Source: Euprymna scolopes
Lineage: Eukaryota
Assembly: GCA_053919585.1 (NCBI GenBank)
Contig: CM132793.1
Reading direction: 5' to 3' (one strand)
DNA length: 64,000 bases
Shown: in pieces, positions 1 through 14,246 of the stretch
Numbering within the stretch: position 1 is the stretch's first letter
How the letters are laid out: each line of letters begins with the position of its first letter
Program-made: the position numbers and the translations under genes
Notes under the pieces: generated by a model
The model's input: the letters and a program-made list of their open reading frames with translations, nothing else
Told to the model about the DNA's origin: nothing
The model's database searches: none

Positions 1-593
1 AATAATAATAATTTTACTCATAAGACTCGTAGCATTTGCAATACTTTCTTTTACGCAAATTGAAAACTACATATGAACAAATTTCTTAAAATCCTCCGAT
101 AAATGAAAGTCAACTCACTAATGAAAATGCAAGAAGTTATCTAAACTCCAATTTAAAATTTAGATGAGAAAGGCTGAAGCGACAGTAATTATAAACTTTA
201 ATGTTTCATCAGCATTGTGATATGCTTAGTTATCAAAAACAGTTGTTTTCCTGATTAGAACTGGACAAAATTACTAGTAAATATTTGCCCTTGCGCTTCG
301 ATTAGCACATTCTTTGCATTAAAATAAAATACGCATTCAGAAAATATGTGACCTTAAGTATACTTTAATCATTCTCTTACATTCTGCAATCTATATTTTG
401 TCTGTTAGGCATCACATGCAGAAGGGAATGTTTCTGACAAATAAAAACACGTTATTGTTCTTGATCAGAATCTATTTATACAATACTTATCATTTGGTAA
501 TTTTTGACATAGAAGTAATATTTTTAGTTCTTATATCATACACCATCCTCTCTTGTTCGGAGCAGTTTCCTTTAGTAAAATATCTGTCTTAAA

Positions 594-807
594 TGCAGGG
601 TTATTCCCCAAAAAACAAAAAAAACATAGAAAGTATATCTGGAACATAGGCTGTAGAACGGAGAAAAAAGGCCAAAGACCCTAGTGTTTCGATATGATGT
701 TTTGAATATAATAAACAAGTTATGACCAAAGTTTTATTTCATTCGGATAAAACACAAAGAAACGGCGCCTAATTATATTTGGGGCCCGTTTTTGGGGTCA
801 CCCTGCA
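594..807. mobile_element. Tc1/mariner-type MITE (~215 bp)
   Basis: Terminal inverted repeats tgCAGGGTtattCCCCAAAAAAC (594) and GTTTTTGGGGtcACCCTGca (788-807); CAGGGTG-type termini are typical of Tc1/mariner-superfamily elements; no ORF. Confidence 0.6.
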
Positions 808-841
808 CTAGGCTGATAAGATTTGAAAATATGATCTAAAT

Positions 842-3227
842 ATGTGATCCGCAACCACTGTGCTGCAACACATTAGTAAGTAAAGGTGAAGTTTCATGTT
901 TTTGGTGAATAATAGATTTGATATCGCTATACCCGGAGTCGTCTGTATTAATAAAAAATAACTTACGTAGTACCAATTAGCTGCATTATGTTAAAGCTAA
1001 AATATTAAAAAAAAATGATTTCTGTATCGTTTGTTTAAATTGTTGAGTATTTTTATTTTTTTTTATCATAACAAGCGTTATGTGTTTCTTTATATCATCT
1101 ATGTGTTTCGTTTACAATATAAACAGAATCTTTATTGAGACTATTTAATATTTAAATTTTGTAAATTAAGGTTTTACTAGGGAAAATAAAAACACACGAT
1201 TAAATATAGTTAAAATAGATTGCCATGTATTTTTTTATTTTTTAAATTCAATTCATCCATAATTGCTAAAACGAAAAGGTGATAGTGACAACAATATTCC
1301 TACAACTTCTTAAAATAAACAAATGTTCCCCGGTTGTATAGTGATGATTACTTCAAATTCTGATTTCTCTGAACTGGACATCTACAGATTCCTCCTCTGC
1401 TATGTGTTGTCGAATGTTCTCTAATGAAGCATTATTCCAGGTAAGATAAAAAAGACACCTTACTATCAATCTTCCCAGCCTCAAACTAAAAATGTCGATT
1501 ATTTCGAAAATAAATGCAACACAAAAGCAACTATTTTAAAAAAAGTAATTGTGTCCTATTAAGTTTAGTTAATGGCAGAAATTGCTCTTATCTGGAAGTC
1601 TCATGTTCTTGCAGAATCAGTGATCCTTCCAGAATGTAAAAAGCTAATGAGAATTATGATTGGCGATGATGCTGAACAAGACATTAGCAAGACCTATATA
1701 TTTCACAGAAAGATTTTTGACTTCTCCGATAACGTTGCGGGAACGTGTAATATCCAAATATCAAAATAGTATTTTTACTCTCCAGATCGATGAATCCATT
1801 GACATCAGTAATCATGTACAGTTGATGCATTTATACATGTAATTGATGAAGATGCCATAATTAATAAATTTGTATGCTGCAAATAGTTACCTACACCAAC
1901 ACAAGATGAACATATTTTTTTAAACAATTACAATAAAAACATGGCTTATCATGGGATTTATGCATGGAAATATGTACCGATTGATTACCCTCAAGGATTA
2001 GTTCTGTTGAACGTTTTACAGCTTTAGTGGAAAGACATAATCCTAACNNNNNNNNNNNNNNNNNNNNNNNNNNNNNNNNNNNNNNNNNNNNNNNNNNNNN
2101 NNNNNNNNNNNNNNNNNNNNNNNNNNNNNNNNNNNNNNNNNNNNNNNNNNNNNNNNNNNNNNNNNNNNNNNNNNNNNNNAGTTTCAAAGATACCACATCT
2201 ATTGGTGATTGAAATGGTACATTTTATAAGAAAACTGGGTCGATATAGTCCAGCATTTTAAGTTGCTCTGCGAGGATTTTGATTTACAACTTATTCTATT
2301 CGACACGATGGAGGAAAATGTGCTATATCGCGTACATGAACTACAGAACGAACTTTTCAATTAGACAAATGAATTGTGGATGTCAAAAATAAAGTAATTT
2401 AATGAACTAATTGGAAAGTTTAATTAATATGAACAGTAAAAAAAACAAAAAACAAGCAGAGATGAAAACATTCTTACGACGACGAATAATTTTGTTACTT
2501 ATAGAAAGAAAATTGACATATACAAGAATGAAATAAAGGTAGAGCATTCGGATATGTTTTAATCAATTCGCAAAACTTGATGATTCACATTATTATTGAG
2601 TTTTTAACAAGTTTAGAAAATAAAATATATTTTTCTCAATAAGTATTAAAGAATTAGATTGGATCAGTTTTTAGATTTATCGATTATCAATCTTTCCAAT
2701 TCTGAGTTAGGTGACGAGGTTTAAGTAACAAACGCTTCCAGTGATCGTGGACTCGAATTGAAGAACGTACAGCTATCATTGGATTATTTTGGAATTCAGT
2801 TATGAACGAGTAGCTAACTTTAAGTAAAGAATGTCATCAAAGTGTTTCTTCAATTCTTAATTTCGTTCCTATGTTAACGGTCTTGTTAAACAACATTAAC
2901 ACTAAAACAAACGCGAAAAAATAATTGAAGAAGAGTTAAGCGTATGTTTCTCTCAAATTCGCTAACATTTTGCAGGCGTAGTAAAGAAGCACAGGGCACA
3001 ACTGCCTCATTGACATTCATCATTATTATTCAAAACTAGTTACGTAATACAGGATATGTTTTATTCATGTGAATACAAAAAATATTATATGATGACTCTT
3101 ATTTTTGTTATTTAATGACAAAACTGCTTTATGAGTAGAAATGATTCAATTTTTGTTAAAGGTGTGCCTGGAATATTTTAGCTGCTCAATAGTGTACCGC
3201 CATGTAAAAAAGGCGGGGAAACCACTG
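842..3227 (+). mobile_element. Degenerate hAT (Buster/Charlie-type) DNA transposon
   Basis: Transposase motif FTLQIDESIDISNHVQL (~1770-1825) and C-terminus ELSVCFSQIR*...VVKKHRAQLPH* (~2933-3013). Right end AAAAAGGCGGGGAAACCACTG is followed by gtcTAgat; the degenerate left end at ~842 is preceded by atcTAaat (6/8 match, nnnTAnnn TSD). Many stops/frameshifts, one gap. Confidence 0.85.
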
Positions 3228-4159
3228 GTCTAGATAGGTTTGAAAACAAGTTTATTATGGACCGACCAACCTAATCCGATTTTATGAAATAGCTATGGCG
3301 CATTTAAACCTATCGTGACGTGTCATGAAAAACAAAAGCAATCGAAATGAACTGAAAAGAATCGGGTGCCCAATGATTTTTTAAAAAGGATTAATCAAGT
3401 CGAATTGCGGTAAACCAGTACAGTGTTTGAAAGTAAAAATAACTTTAGTAAACAGGCGAAATTAAACACGCAATAAGTTGTAACTCAGACAATAGGTACA
3501 CGCTTGGACACTTTGGCGCTTAGTCAACATCTTAATTGATGTATCTCTGTAAGCCACATTACATACTATTTATATATGGTTTAGGAAATTTGACTTAGAA
3601 ATTTAGTGTGAATAATCAAGGATCGACAGAATATGACTATAACGTTCCATATACATAATTTATAATTCATCTTACGATATAACAATCAAAGGAGAAATCA
3701 GATGTATTGAGTGTGTATATATCCACTGCATAGTAGTTTACACGTCTGACATTTTTGTATAATTATCCCACATTTCATTTTATTTCTGGACGGCATATCA
3801 ACACTTTTGGGCAAATGTGATATCACTACGATTAAGAATTGTCTACGCATGTTGCAGAATCTTATCGATCATAATATGTTTCTCTCCCTAAAATGTTTGC
3901 ATTATACAACGTTATTGAACTATTTTATCTGGAATTGCAGAAAATATATACTACGCCATTTTCTGGATCGCTTACTTGCATAAATACATTCCATACAATC
4001 CGTTTTAGTATATCTTTTTCGCATAGTCAATCAATATGCCACATGTCCTACAGTGCTAGTAAAGAAAATAATAAGCAGAAAATAAGGTTTACAATACGTG
4101 TTACATAATTCTAGAATTTAAAAGTTTAATGTCGAAGTTAATATTATTTTTAAATATTG

Positions 4160-4221
<62 letters not shown>
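4160..4221. repeat. (AAT)n microsatellite
   Basis: About 20 AAT units directly visible. Confidence 0.95.
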
Positions 4222-5545
4222 CAAGGAATAAAATATATGCCAAAAATGAAAGTGAATAACGCATGAACTATTATACAGAGACGAAAATATTTTGTAAAAA
4301 GTAAAACGTACAAAATATAGCGGGGTCAGCTTCAGCCAGGCGCACAGAATAATTGCCTAAATATAGAACAAAAATAATGGCAGAGGATGTTTAAAATATT
4401 ACAAGATTATGAAGTTGATTGAAAACGCGATAAGACTGCACAGACTTGAACACTCTGCTGACTGACAATACATAACTGAGATTAAAATGCAAAGATGTAT
4501 CATCCAAGGAGAATCTCTCTCATCACTGCTGGTCGTGATATCCATGATATCCTTTAACAATATACTACGAAACTACCAAATAAGATATAATTACGCTAAT
4601 GCAGTTGAAAAAAATGAACAATATAATGGGCAGTAACTATCTGAAAATTTTTGAAATAACCAAAAAGGAATTATAAACCTGAATATACACAACCATAACG
4701 TTCAGACAGGCTATTCAAATAAAATCCAGGATGGGAAAATGTTCATCGCTAGTTAAAAGAAAGAAGAAACTGGAGACAAGGGAAGGCATGTAACTACTAC
4801 ACTAAGCATAAATAGGAGCATTAGATCATAATGACACCTATAAATATCAATGAGTTCTGGTGGCAAACACTACCCAAGCAAGATCAATTAACAAGAAAAC
4901 TGGAATGCCATAAACTCTTTGAAACTTACTTGTTTTAGGAACCTAAAAAGGTAGCTTAATGCGTTGGCAGTAAAACTAATAAACTTCTCCGCCCCGTTCA
5001 GAGAATGGACCAAACAAAAAACTTAAGCATGTTGAACATATGGCTAGAAAACTGATAACTATGCACAATCCATTACACCAAAAATATAACTGACTTAATC
5101 TCGGTTAAGAGAAATGACGAAGATAAAGAAATGCTTTGAGTTAAAGACTGTGCGAATAACACGAAAAAAGAATTGAAAAAAAATCCTATATAATGCAGAA
5201 CATCGAATAAAAAGCAGAAAAAAGACAAGTGATAGGACAAGGAAAAATAGTAATAGAAAAAGCTTACCGGGCGGTTCATAATGGTAACAAAAATGAGACT
5301 AATGAAAACGCTTGGACATGAATAGGAAAATGAAACTTAAACATAGAAACTTAATTCCAGATTACAGCCGTACATAATAACACGATAAAGAAATATCACG
5401 CTAAAGTAAAAATCGAAAAAGCTCAAGAAAACAGCAGATGTAAACTCTGTGTACAAAGAGACAAAACAGTAAATACAATAGTAAGCGAATGCAGCAAACT
5501 AAAGCAAAAATATGGTACGAGATTAGACACAGTCAGGTGTAGAAG
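4222..5545 (+). mobile_element. Degenerate R4/Dong-like (RLE-type) non-LTR retrotransposon fragment
   Basis: RT motif IIQGESLSSLL (~4499-4531; cf. GIFQGDSLSPLLF) and zinc-knuckle remnant SRCKLCVQRDKTVNTIVSECSKL (~5433-5501); abuts an (AAT)n tract. Confidence 0.7.
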
Positions 5546-6239
5546 GCATTATATAAAGAATTAGCAGGACCCGTTAATCCGCTTTGTCTGGTGGAAACAT
5601 GCCCCCCTCAGAAAAATAGTAAACTACCGCTTACTATGTTAAAAATGACTATCAGACTCATACAGCAAACCTCGTTATAGTAAAAACTGACTGCAAACCT
5701 CGTTATAGTAAAAACAGCTTTGTGAATATACACCCAATTTTTGGAAGGGGGGTTATTAAAGTATTTGGAACAAATTTAACCTTAATATTCTTTGTCAAGG
5801 GGCATTTGTGTGTAAGCAATTTGTGCATAGATAAGTTAAAGGTTTCAGAGCTTAATCTGTTTATATTTGGTATTATTGTTACTGCGATTTTATCTGGTTT
5901 GATTTAGAGTCATATTGAATCTTTCAGTGCTCGGATAATATCACCTGTTGTGAACTACGTCTACAGGCGAATCGCAGTAGTTTCTCAATTAGTCTGGTTG
6001 AACCTGCTCGTTGATCTCTTAATGATTCTTCCGCTCAGCGTCTTTTGTGCCATGACATTGACTGATTCTTTAGTTCTTCCACCAAGGCGCATAGCTGTCA
6101 TGCTGCTCTCCATGACGTTACTAGGACCCAATTACCAGTTCAGGTTCTACATCAGTCTTCCGTTATGAGTGGTCCTACATGATTACCGTAGGCTATATCC
6201 TCATTCTGCCACGATTCAGAACAACAGCAGTATGTTCAC

Positions 6240-7920
6240 TAACAAATAGATCGAAACGAGAATGCAGCAGATAACAAACAATCCTACTTGGCTTGGCAAG
6301 TAGTAAATGAGATATCTGGGCGCAAACGACCTGCCAAAGCAACGTTAAAGGCAAACACCCCGGAAAATGCATGTTCGAAGTGGAAAGCACATTTTGGAAA
6401 GCTGCTCGGAAACAAACCAGAAGTTACAGACCAACCAATTCAGCCGACTGTTGTACAGAAACTCGATATTGAGAAGGGTGATTTTACATCGGAGGAACTT
6501 CTAAATGTACTAAAGAAGACCATGAATCGTAAAGCTGCAGGCTTAGATAACCCTAACCCTAACCCTAACCTCCTGAAGTATGGAATACAGGTGGTTTACA
6601 TTACATACTTCTTAATTAATGAAATTCTGTATATAATTAAAAATTATTAATATATGGAGGGAAGGATGCATAGAATCTACAATGCCATGCTTCTCATCTG
6701 TATCCAATGAAAGATCGAAGAAGTGCTCAGGAGGAACCAAATGGATTTAGAAAGAATCGCTCTACTGCTAGTCAAATACTTACTGTTAAGAAACTGTTTG
6801 AAGGAGTCAAAACCAAAAACATTGAGGCAGTCATGATCTTTGTAGATTTCTCCGAAGCATTCGACTCCTTACATAGGGGAAAATGGCCAGCATAATAAAA
6901 GCCTATGGCATTCCAAATGAAGTCATTAATTTTATCATGATGCTATATGAGCACACTCGAGCAATGGTTAGGTCCCTAGATGGGGACACTGAATTTTTCG
7001 ATATCCGCACGGGGGTTCTACAAGGAGAAACTCTTGACCCTTTTATTTTCATTGTCTTTCTTGACATTATACTTCGCACCTCTGTTGATATACACAACAT
7101 GCTAGGCTTCACCCTAAATGAATCTAGGAAGACCTCATCAATCAGCACACATAACTGATGCAGATTACGCAGACGATATTGCTTTGTTCACAAACAACAT
7201 TGCTGATGCGCAACCACTGTTACGTAAGATAGAAAAGTCTGCAAATTACATTGATCTCCACATAAATGCGGATGAGACAAAGTTTATGACTTTCAATGTA
7301 AAAGGAGAGATAAGGGGGTTGATTGGATGAACACGGAAAGAAGTCGCTGAGTTACATATCTAAGCAGCAACATAGTTTCCACAGAGAGAGATATCGGAAT
7401 TCGCATCTCAAAAGCATAGATCGCATTGGATGGGCTACAATCAGTATGGACTTCGGGGCTGGCTGACAAACTGGAAAGGCAGTTCTTCAGGACAGTGATA
7501 GAGTATGTCCTTGTTTACGGTGCTACAACCTGGACACTCACCAAAAGATTGGAAAGATAACTAGACGGCACATACACCCGTATGCCAAGAATAATATTAA
7601 ATATATATTGGCAAAATCATCCCACGAAGCAGCAACTTTATGGCAACCTACCTTCCATATCTAATACCATCAGAGAAAGACGGCTACGATTTGCCGGTCA
7701 TTGTCTGAGGCAAAGCATGAATTGGTAAGTGATGTATTGATATGGACTCCACGACACGGACGCGCAAGCAGATGACGAGCTAGATCAACGTACATCCACA
7801 AATAGCACACGACGCCAACTGTGAACCTGAAGATCTGAGGAAACTGATGGAAGACAGGAAACTCTGGAGAGAAAGAGTCACATTGGTCCGGGCAAGGATC
7901 CCGTAATGATGATGATGATG
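6240..7920 (+). mobile_element. 5'-truncated RTE/RTEX-like LINE, RT pseudogene with (GAT)n tail
   Basis: Frameshifted motifs KAAGLD, GFRKNRSTASQILT, FVDFSEAFDSLHR, GVLQGETLDPFIF, DADYADDIAL, LVYGATTWTLTK, RRLRFAGHC; ends in taatgatgatgatgatg (7904-7920). Confidence 0.9.
6548..6570. repeat. Interstitial telomere-type repeat (TAACCC)3TAACC
   Basis: taaccctaaccctaaccctaacc, i.e. TTAGGG repeats on the minus strand, inside the LINE RT. Confidence 0.85.
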
Positions 7921-8649
7921 CGATGTTATCATATAAAGAGCGCCGCTACATTGGAAAGTTTTTGAGCTTTCGTTTGTTGTGTAGAACTGGATTCTGATAT
8001 AATAGAATTGGTTGATCTTAGCCAATCATATGGTGCGGATTTTGAGAAGGAATTTATACTTTTTGAATCGAGTAATGGAAAGATTGTAATGCGTATGTAA
8101 TGATTGTAATGTGTACACCTGTAATGGGAAGATTGTAATGTGTACACCTGTTAAGATGGGGGTAATAAAAATATTGTAGGAAAATTTAGAATAGATCCCG
8201 GTTTCAACTTTAGCGGTGGGAGGACTACTATTCATAAAGAAATATAGGGACTATTTCCTCTATAGATGTCGCAATTATGATGATTTTTCTCTTAAGATGC
8301 AATGCAGCGTTTTATTATAACGACTTAATTCGTCCAAATTGTGTTAAAAATACATAAGATAGTGGCTAATAGTCTAGACTTAATGAGTTAGTATGTAGCA
8401 TGTCTTATTATAAACCTACGATACTTTGTGCAGAGGGACATAACTGCACTCAAAATATTACATAGGAGATTATGCAAACATCTGCATTTTGTACACACAC
8501 ACAAATAGTACAAACACGCATATTGGTAGTAGTACTTAGAAACGAAAATCACAAAAGCATATGCGACATGAACGTACAGACGGATTAACAATATCCAATC
8601 AAGAAGACTAGATAGAATAAATGAAAAAAGAGAAAGTTCTGTCAAATCC

Positions 8650-9230
8650 TAGCTTCCCCCCTTGTTGTAGATCATAGTTTATGTCAAGTAGACGGAGAAG
8701 TGGAACAAATCTACAACTGGCCTTACACCAAAGAGATATAGCAGATAAAAACATCAAGATAACACTATGCTATTGGCACCTAGGAACAAACTACAGAAAA
8801 ACCTTTCTGAAAAGAATGTGAAAAAATAGAATAAGCAGAAAGGTTGAGAATATACAATGGATAACAATGATAGAAAACGACTGCCATACACATAAAAACA
8901 CTTCAATTCGTAGATTTACGTGATCTACAGGGATTAGCTTGGCATAGTAAAACTGCCCAAAAGTAGAACACAAGGAAATACCAGATGAAATCACTAAAAC
9001 CGAATTGAAAGTAACCCTCCCCACACCAAAAATGTCGGCATTGACTTGGACCACATATATTCCCAAAGATTCAAAGAAAGTAAAAAGACTAAGGAGAATA
9101 TGTACTAAGCACACCCTCACTGGATGAGGCCAAAGTGGACTGAGAAGTTTAGGAATCCCAGAGAAGACCAATGGTTGCTTCCAATGAAAAATCGGTTGTT
9201 AGCGGTTGTTGTTACAACGCACATTCATCT
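8650..9230 (+). mobile_element. Highly decayed R4/Dong-like LINE fragment
   Basis: A-rich coding-like sequence with a remnant resembling the PEEQxGC RT motif (~9158-9180). Confidence 0.35.
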
Positions 9231-9469
9231 GCAAAATTTATTTAGATAAGTATAGATTACTGAAAATTTAAGTCGACGTGTTGTGTGTTAGACATCAAGG
9301 GAAACACAGGTAATTTTCAAAGAGAAATCTCGATGATGGCCAGAGTAGAAACTTCTAGTGATTGAATGATACTAATTATCGTCGTTGTAGGCGGGAGTAT
9401 AATAGGAGTATACGTTTTCTTTTATGATATTTTCAACAACGCAAAATAAATCTTTCTCTGCACGGAAAA

Positions 9470-10080
9470 GGCTATCGCATCAGCTACAGAAGATATTAGG
9501 AGAGTCCACATCTTCTGTTCCAGCTTTTATTTGAGCTCTTTTTGTTTCTTCATTTCCTCTTCTGTTTTTTCGAAGATGTTTATGTTAATATTAATGCTCC
9601 TCCTTAAATATTGCATTGAATCCTTAATTTTTTGTGTCAATTTTGGTTTCCCTAATGGTGGATTTTCATTAAGCTTTTATCGACGTTTGGCGAGCTGCGG
9701 GTATGATTTTAATGGCAAGTTCTGATTAAAGGTCCTGTTCGTGTTTGCGGTTGTCAGGTGTTTAGATCAAGTGGCTGGACCAACATAGATGGTGTCTTGT
9801 TATTATGACTTATATAATTTCAATTTCAGGGCGAAGAACATCGGTGATGGTGATTGAATTTTGCCAGTTTATGCGTGGGGTATCGACCTGTTTTGTTAAG
9901 GGGAATTACTCCAACTTAAGCCGATCTTTTTTATAGAATACACATATTTTACAGGCATACATTAGGGTTGATATAACAATCGCTTTTTTAAAGTCATGAG
10001 CTTTCTAAGTTGCGATAGTCCTTGGATACTAAATACTATTTAATTAAGTTTTCCCAATAATGTATATTTTCCTTTCTTTT
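9470..10080 (-). mobile_element. Decayed RTE-like LINE 3' fragment
   Basis: Minus-strand remnant IVISTLMYAC (~9950-9980), cf. RTE VISTLLYGCETW. Confidence 0.4.
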
Positions 10081-10089
10081 GATCAAAAA

Positions 10090-10755
10090 AACGACCTGTG
10101 TCTCGAGCGGTTTGTGAATTGCAATGAAAAGTGGTTTCTTTACGGCGACGCCCAGCTCAGTGGTTAGATGCCGACGAAATTCCACGATATTTTCTGAACA
10201 CAGAATTGCACTATGAATGTCCTGCTGACTGTTTGGTGGGCCGACATCGGTACCATCTAGTTTTTAAAATGTATTTGAAACGATTACTGCAGAGAGGTAC
10301 TGTCAAAAAATGGGGTAAATACATGAGAAATTTCGACGACAACAGTCGGCATTAGTCAACAGAAAACTCCCTAATTTTCTCCGACACAATTCCAAAACCG
10401 CACGTTGCTAAGCCGACCACTGCAGCAGTTTAACGAATTAAGCTACGAAATACTTTCTCGTCCACTATACTCTCTAGAATTATCACTTACCTCCTACTAC
10501 TTTTTCAAAGATCTCGCAACGTACAGCCTGAGAAATGCTTATAAAACCTAAGTGATATCAAAAATGCTTTTGGCCAATTCTATCGTAACCAGAACGTACG
10601 ATTTTTACGTTACAAGCTAAAACTATTTTTCTCATTTGCAAGTGTTTCTTGATTGTGATGGTGCTTATTCCGATGAAAACCATTTCGTTGAGTCGAGATA
10701 TATTCATCTGAATTCAAAAGTTAAACACCGCAAAAGCTGTCTTGTCAACCTAATA
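10090..10755 (+). mobile_element. mariner transposon 3' half (Hsmar1/cecropia-like), degenerate
   Basis: CNEKW...RRRPAQWLDADE, a decayed HDNARPHVA motif (~10380-10410), a decayed PYSPDL/YHFFK motif (~10460-10510) and right-TIR-like ccgcaaaagctgtcttgtcaacctaata. Confidence 0.85.
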
Positions 10756-10935
10756 TGTATGCATGGGTGTCTCTTCTGCTCTTATTTGACCTTAAACCGT
10801 GCCCCCCTCGTTTCGCCTTCCAATATTTAACAGTTTACATATTTTAATTCTGAACACTACTGGAATGCTCGAGTTGAAAATTCTATTTGTATTCAATAAT
10901 TATTACAGTTTAGTTTATTTATGTCAAACTTCAGG

Positions 10936-11001
<66 letters not shown>

Positions 11002-11039
11002 ATATAATTGCCGATGACACCGCTCTCTATAACAGATAT

Positions 11040-11435
11040 GAGGGGAAAACAAATGAACACATATCCAAGGAAATGACAGAAACACTAGAGGATGACCTCC
11101 AATCTGTAGTGGAATGGGGACAAAAATGGTTGGGCACATTCAATGCTGCTAAGACTAAGCTTGATTTTTCAATAACTACAAGAAACCTTCTCTACCACCA
11201 ATAGCAATGGCCAAGAACACATTGCCTGAAAGTATTTCTTTTAAACTCCTCGGGTCTTTGGAACTACCTTCCGGGATTCTGCTTTCTCAACTGCACTGAT
11301 ATTCAGAAGTTCCATTGTAATGTTATCAGGCATCTTTCTACTCATCTCCCTTGATAATGATCCCGCTAATTAAGTCCCTAATAGTAGCCCCCTGCTTCAA
11401 AGTGGCACTGTGCCTTGTTTGGGGTGAAAATTGAA

Positions 11436-11440
<5 letters not shown>
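11040..11440 (+). mobile_element. CR1/Jockey-group LINE 3' fragment
   Basis: LEDDLQSVVEWGQKWLGTFNAAKT RT-end motif; 3' UTR tagtagccccct...tgccttgtttggggtgaaaa shared with 49205-49250. Confidence 0.75.
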
Positions 11441-11487
<47 letters not shown>

Positions 11488-13619
11488 GATGATTACTCAT
11501 TGTTATGCTTTCTGTCTGTGAACCTTTACCCTGAATTACATTTCCTAATTATGTTGGTGAATGGAATCACAATGCAAATAAACAGTGGCTAGCAATGCAT
11601 CAGTATAATCTATCTTATTCACTAGTTTTCATCCAGCTGTGAGACAGGGATTTCATTTCAGAATACGTCAGTTTGTAAGATATCTTGTATTCGGTTATCT
11701 ATTTAGGAAAAATTTATTGTACTATTTCTTCTATTCGATACATGCCATGACAATATTCGTTGTTCTAATAAATAGTATTTAAGAATTCTTTGAACTATCT
11801 GAAGCATACAATTTTATTGTTCTGACGGAAATATGATAATGTACACGACATTGTCAGTAGTTGTGAGACGTATGCTAAATGCCATGCCAATATACCAAGA
11901 AAGGCCTATGAAGGTATATGTAATAAAAGATAGTTGTAATAGAGTAGCAAATAGTGCGAACACGTTCTAGAAAGGGGTGTAGAGAATACTAATATGATAT
12001 TATTGTGTTATGTAAATATCCAAGGTGACAATTTGGTTGTAGTAAAGAGGCTAGAATATATACGTAAAGAAGTGTAGAATGGTAATAAATTGTAAGTATT
12101 CAAATTAAAACGCAAATTGAGCAAAAATGAACATTTACAGGCCTTACAACAAACAAAGACTGATCACCTGCAGTGAAGACACCGTTAAAATCATCCATAT
12201 ATAGAGCAGCGAAATTAAATACAAAATTACGAAACTAAAAATTCGAAGAAAAAAAACTTATTCGATTAACTATTCCTTTAGACTGATAAAAAATGTCATT
12301 ATGCGAGTTACTGAATTTAAACACGTAGACTAATGATGGTAACATTACTGAAAACCAACACATAAATGTGGTTAAACAAATGTACAAATACATCAACACA
12401 AATAAGTGCTGGATATTATAGTTTGGGTGACGTCGTTTGGCATATGGGTGAGTTCAGGTTAACGTAACTAGGAGCATGTCATGTGGATAATCATGTATTT
12501 CGATAGTCATTGAACATTGTTAAAATAAAAATAAAATGAATAACACATTTTTTTTTAAATTTTAGACTGGAATTTTTAACATTAAATAAATAGGTTATAA
12601 TATAAACGTGAGGTTTCGATAGGGTTCGTCGAGTTCATTTAACAGAAGTTTCTGAACAATTTTTTTGCTTTCGTTACTGCTGGACAGGAAATGAGGTAAT
12701 CAATTGGATACGAGTTGTTGAGGGTAGGCCGCAAAGCGTTACAGAATGGCACAATTGCGATCCATGACAGGATTATCGAAGGGATTAAAGAATAGAAGCT
12801 CATAAAAGCACCAATTTCTTATAATCATCTCGAAAATACAATTCGATAGAACCTAACATTCTACATAAAATTATCATGAATGGTCAAGGAAAATAAAAAA
12901 GAGTGGACAAAGAGCACTACACAATCCTCAGCTGTAAATGTGAAATGACTAATGTAGAGCTTTGAATGCTAATTTCAAGCCAAGGCCCATTGATATGCAA
13001 AGTTGCTGCCAGCAGAAAATGAATAGAAAGCGGCTTCAACGATAGCACAGCATAAATGGTACCAGAAGTGTTGGGTCTTTAATTGTCTTGACTTTGACTT
13101 CATGGAGAAAACCGATTTTTAGTGACGATCACTGATGATGAATAGTATGAGAACACGTATACGATGCTACTAATTATAGGAGTTAGAATAAGAATAAAAA
13201 GAAGAAGAAAACAAAGAAGAAGAAGAAAAAGAAAAAGAATGCACCTTATCCAAACGTACACACACGCACGTTTGTTGTGTAATCAGGCCTTTGCCATGAC
13301 CTCACTAATCAGTGATTAAGCGTAAGGCATAATGAAATTTCGAAAGTTGGGAAAGTGCTAACCTGAATTCAATTGAAAGAGTGTAGAATGTATTAACACT
13401 TGTAAGAGGTTTAATCGATCTTCCAAGGAAAACAAATTACCAGACTGAAATCAAAACACGATGATATTTGCGATCAATTAAAATTATTTGCAAAGGTTAT
13501 CGAGAGAAACAAAAAGTGTTACAATCCTGGAAAGATTTGCGTTTAATTCAAAGAAAACCATTATTTTATGAGTATTATCAGTCATATATAATGACTTCTG
13601 TGTAAACTAATTGTGTGTA

Positions 13620-13663
<44 letters not shown>

Positions 13664-13864
13664 CTGGCAGGACCCCGTGAAAATTAAAATTAAAAGAAGA
13701 ACACATCAGAAAGAAACATCACGTAATCAAAAATAACATTGAGGTTGGACAATGTACAATTAAAGACTTAAATAAATCACGAAACGCTGGATTTTCAGAT
13801 CCTGGTATCTCTGCTAACAATTGAATGATGTTTTCTGGTGGAATGTTTAAATTTTTATAATTTG

Positions 13865-14190
13865 AACGTGACATATAAGTAGGTAATAATATTTTCACCT
13901 GAAATGCGTAGATTTAAAATAGCTTACTCAGCCAAATCACTATATAATTTTACTTATTTCGACATGACACTTAAGTAGGTAATAATGTTTTCAACTTAAA
14001 TGCCTTAGAATTTTTACTAATTTCAATATGACATGTAAACAGATCATAATGTTTTTGCCTTAAGTGCATAGGTTAAAAGATATTTAATCAGCATAAACAC
14101 CTTTGATTGTAAACATTTACACATGGCACTTTAGTAATAATATTTTCACCTGAAATGCGTTGGAATTTGTACTAATTACAACATGACATA

Positions 14191-14192
<2 letters not shown>
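13865..14192. repeat. Degenerate tandem repeat (4-5 copies of a ~65-100 bp unit)
   Basis: Recurrent core gacatNtaagtaggtaataatrttttcacctgaaatgcgtaga at ~13870, 13966, 14030 and 14126. Confidence 0.6.

Positions 14193-14246
<54 letters not shown>

Noticed and set aside
5663-5717. Short tandem duplications (also 8072-8152, 15561-15617)
   Set aside because: Ordinary local slippage duplications.
5720-6230. GC-richer minus-strand coding-like segment upstream of the RTE element
   Set aside because: Possibly a LINE ORF1 remnant, but no diagnostic motif was recognised.
9325-9370. Hammerhead-like remnants (also ~42365-42400)
   Set aside because: Core and stem II are too degenerate to support.
10799-11017. 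ORFs with YIYI, HTHT, poly-I or X runs here and throughout the window
   Set aside because: Translations of microsatellites and assembly gaps, not genes.
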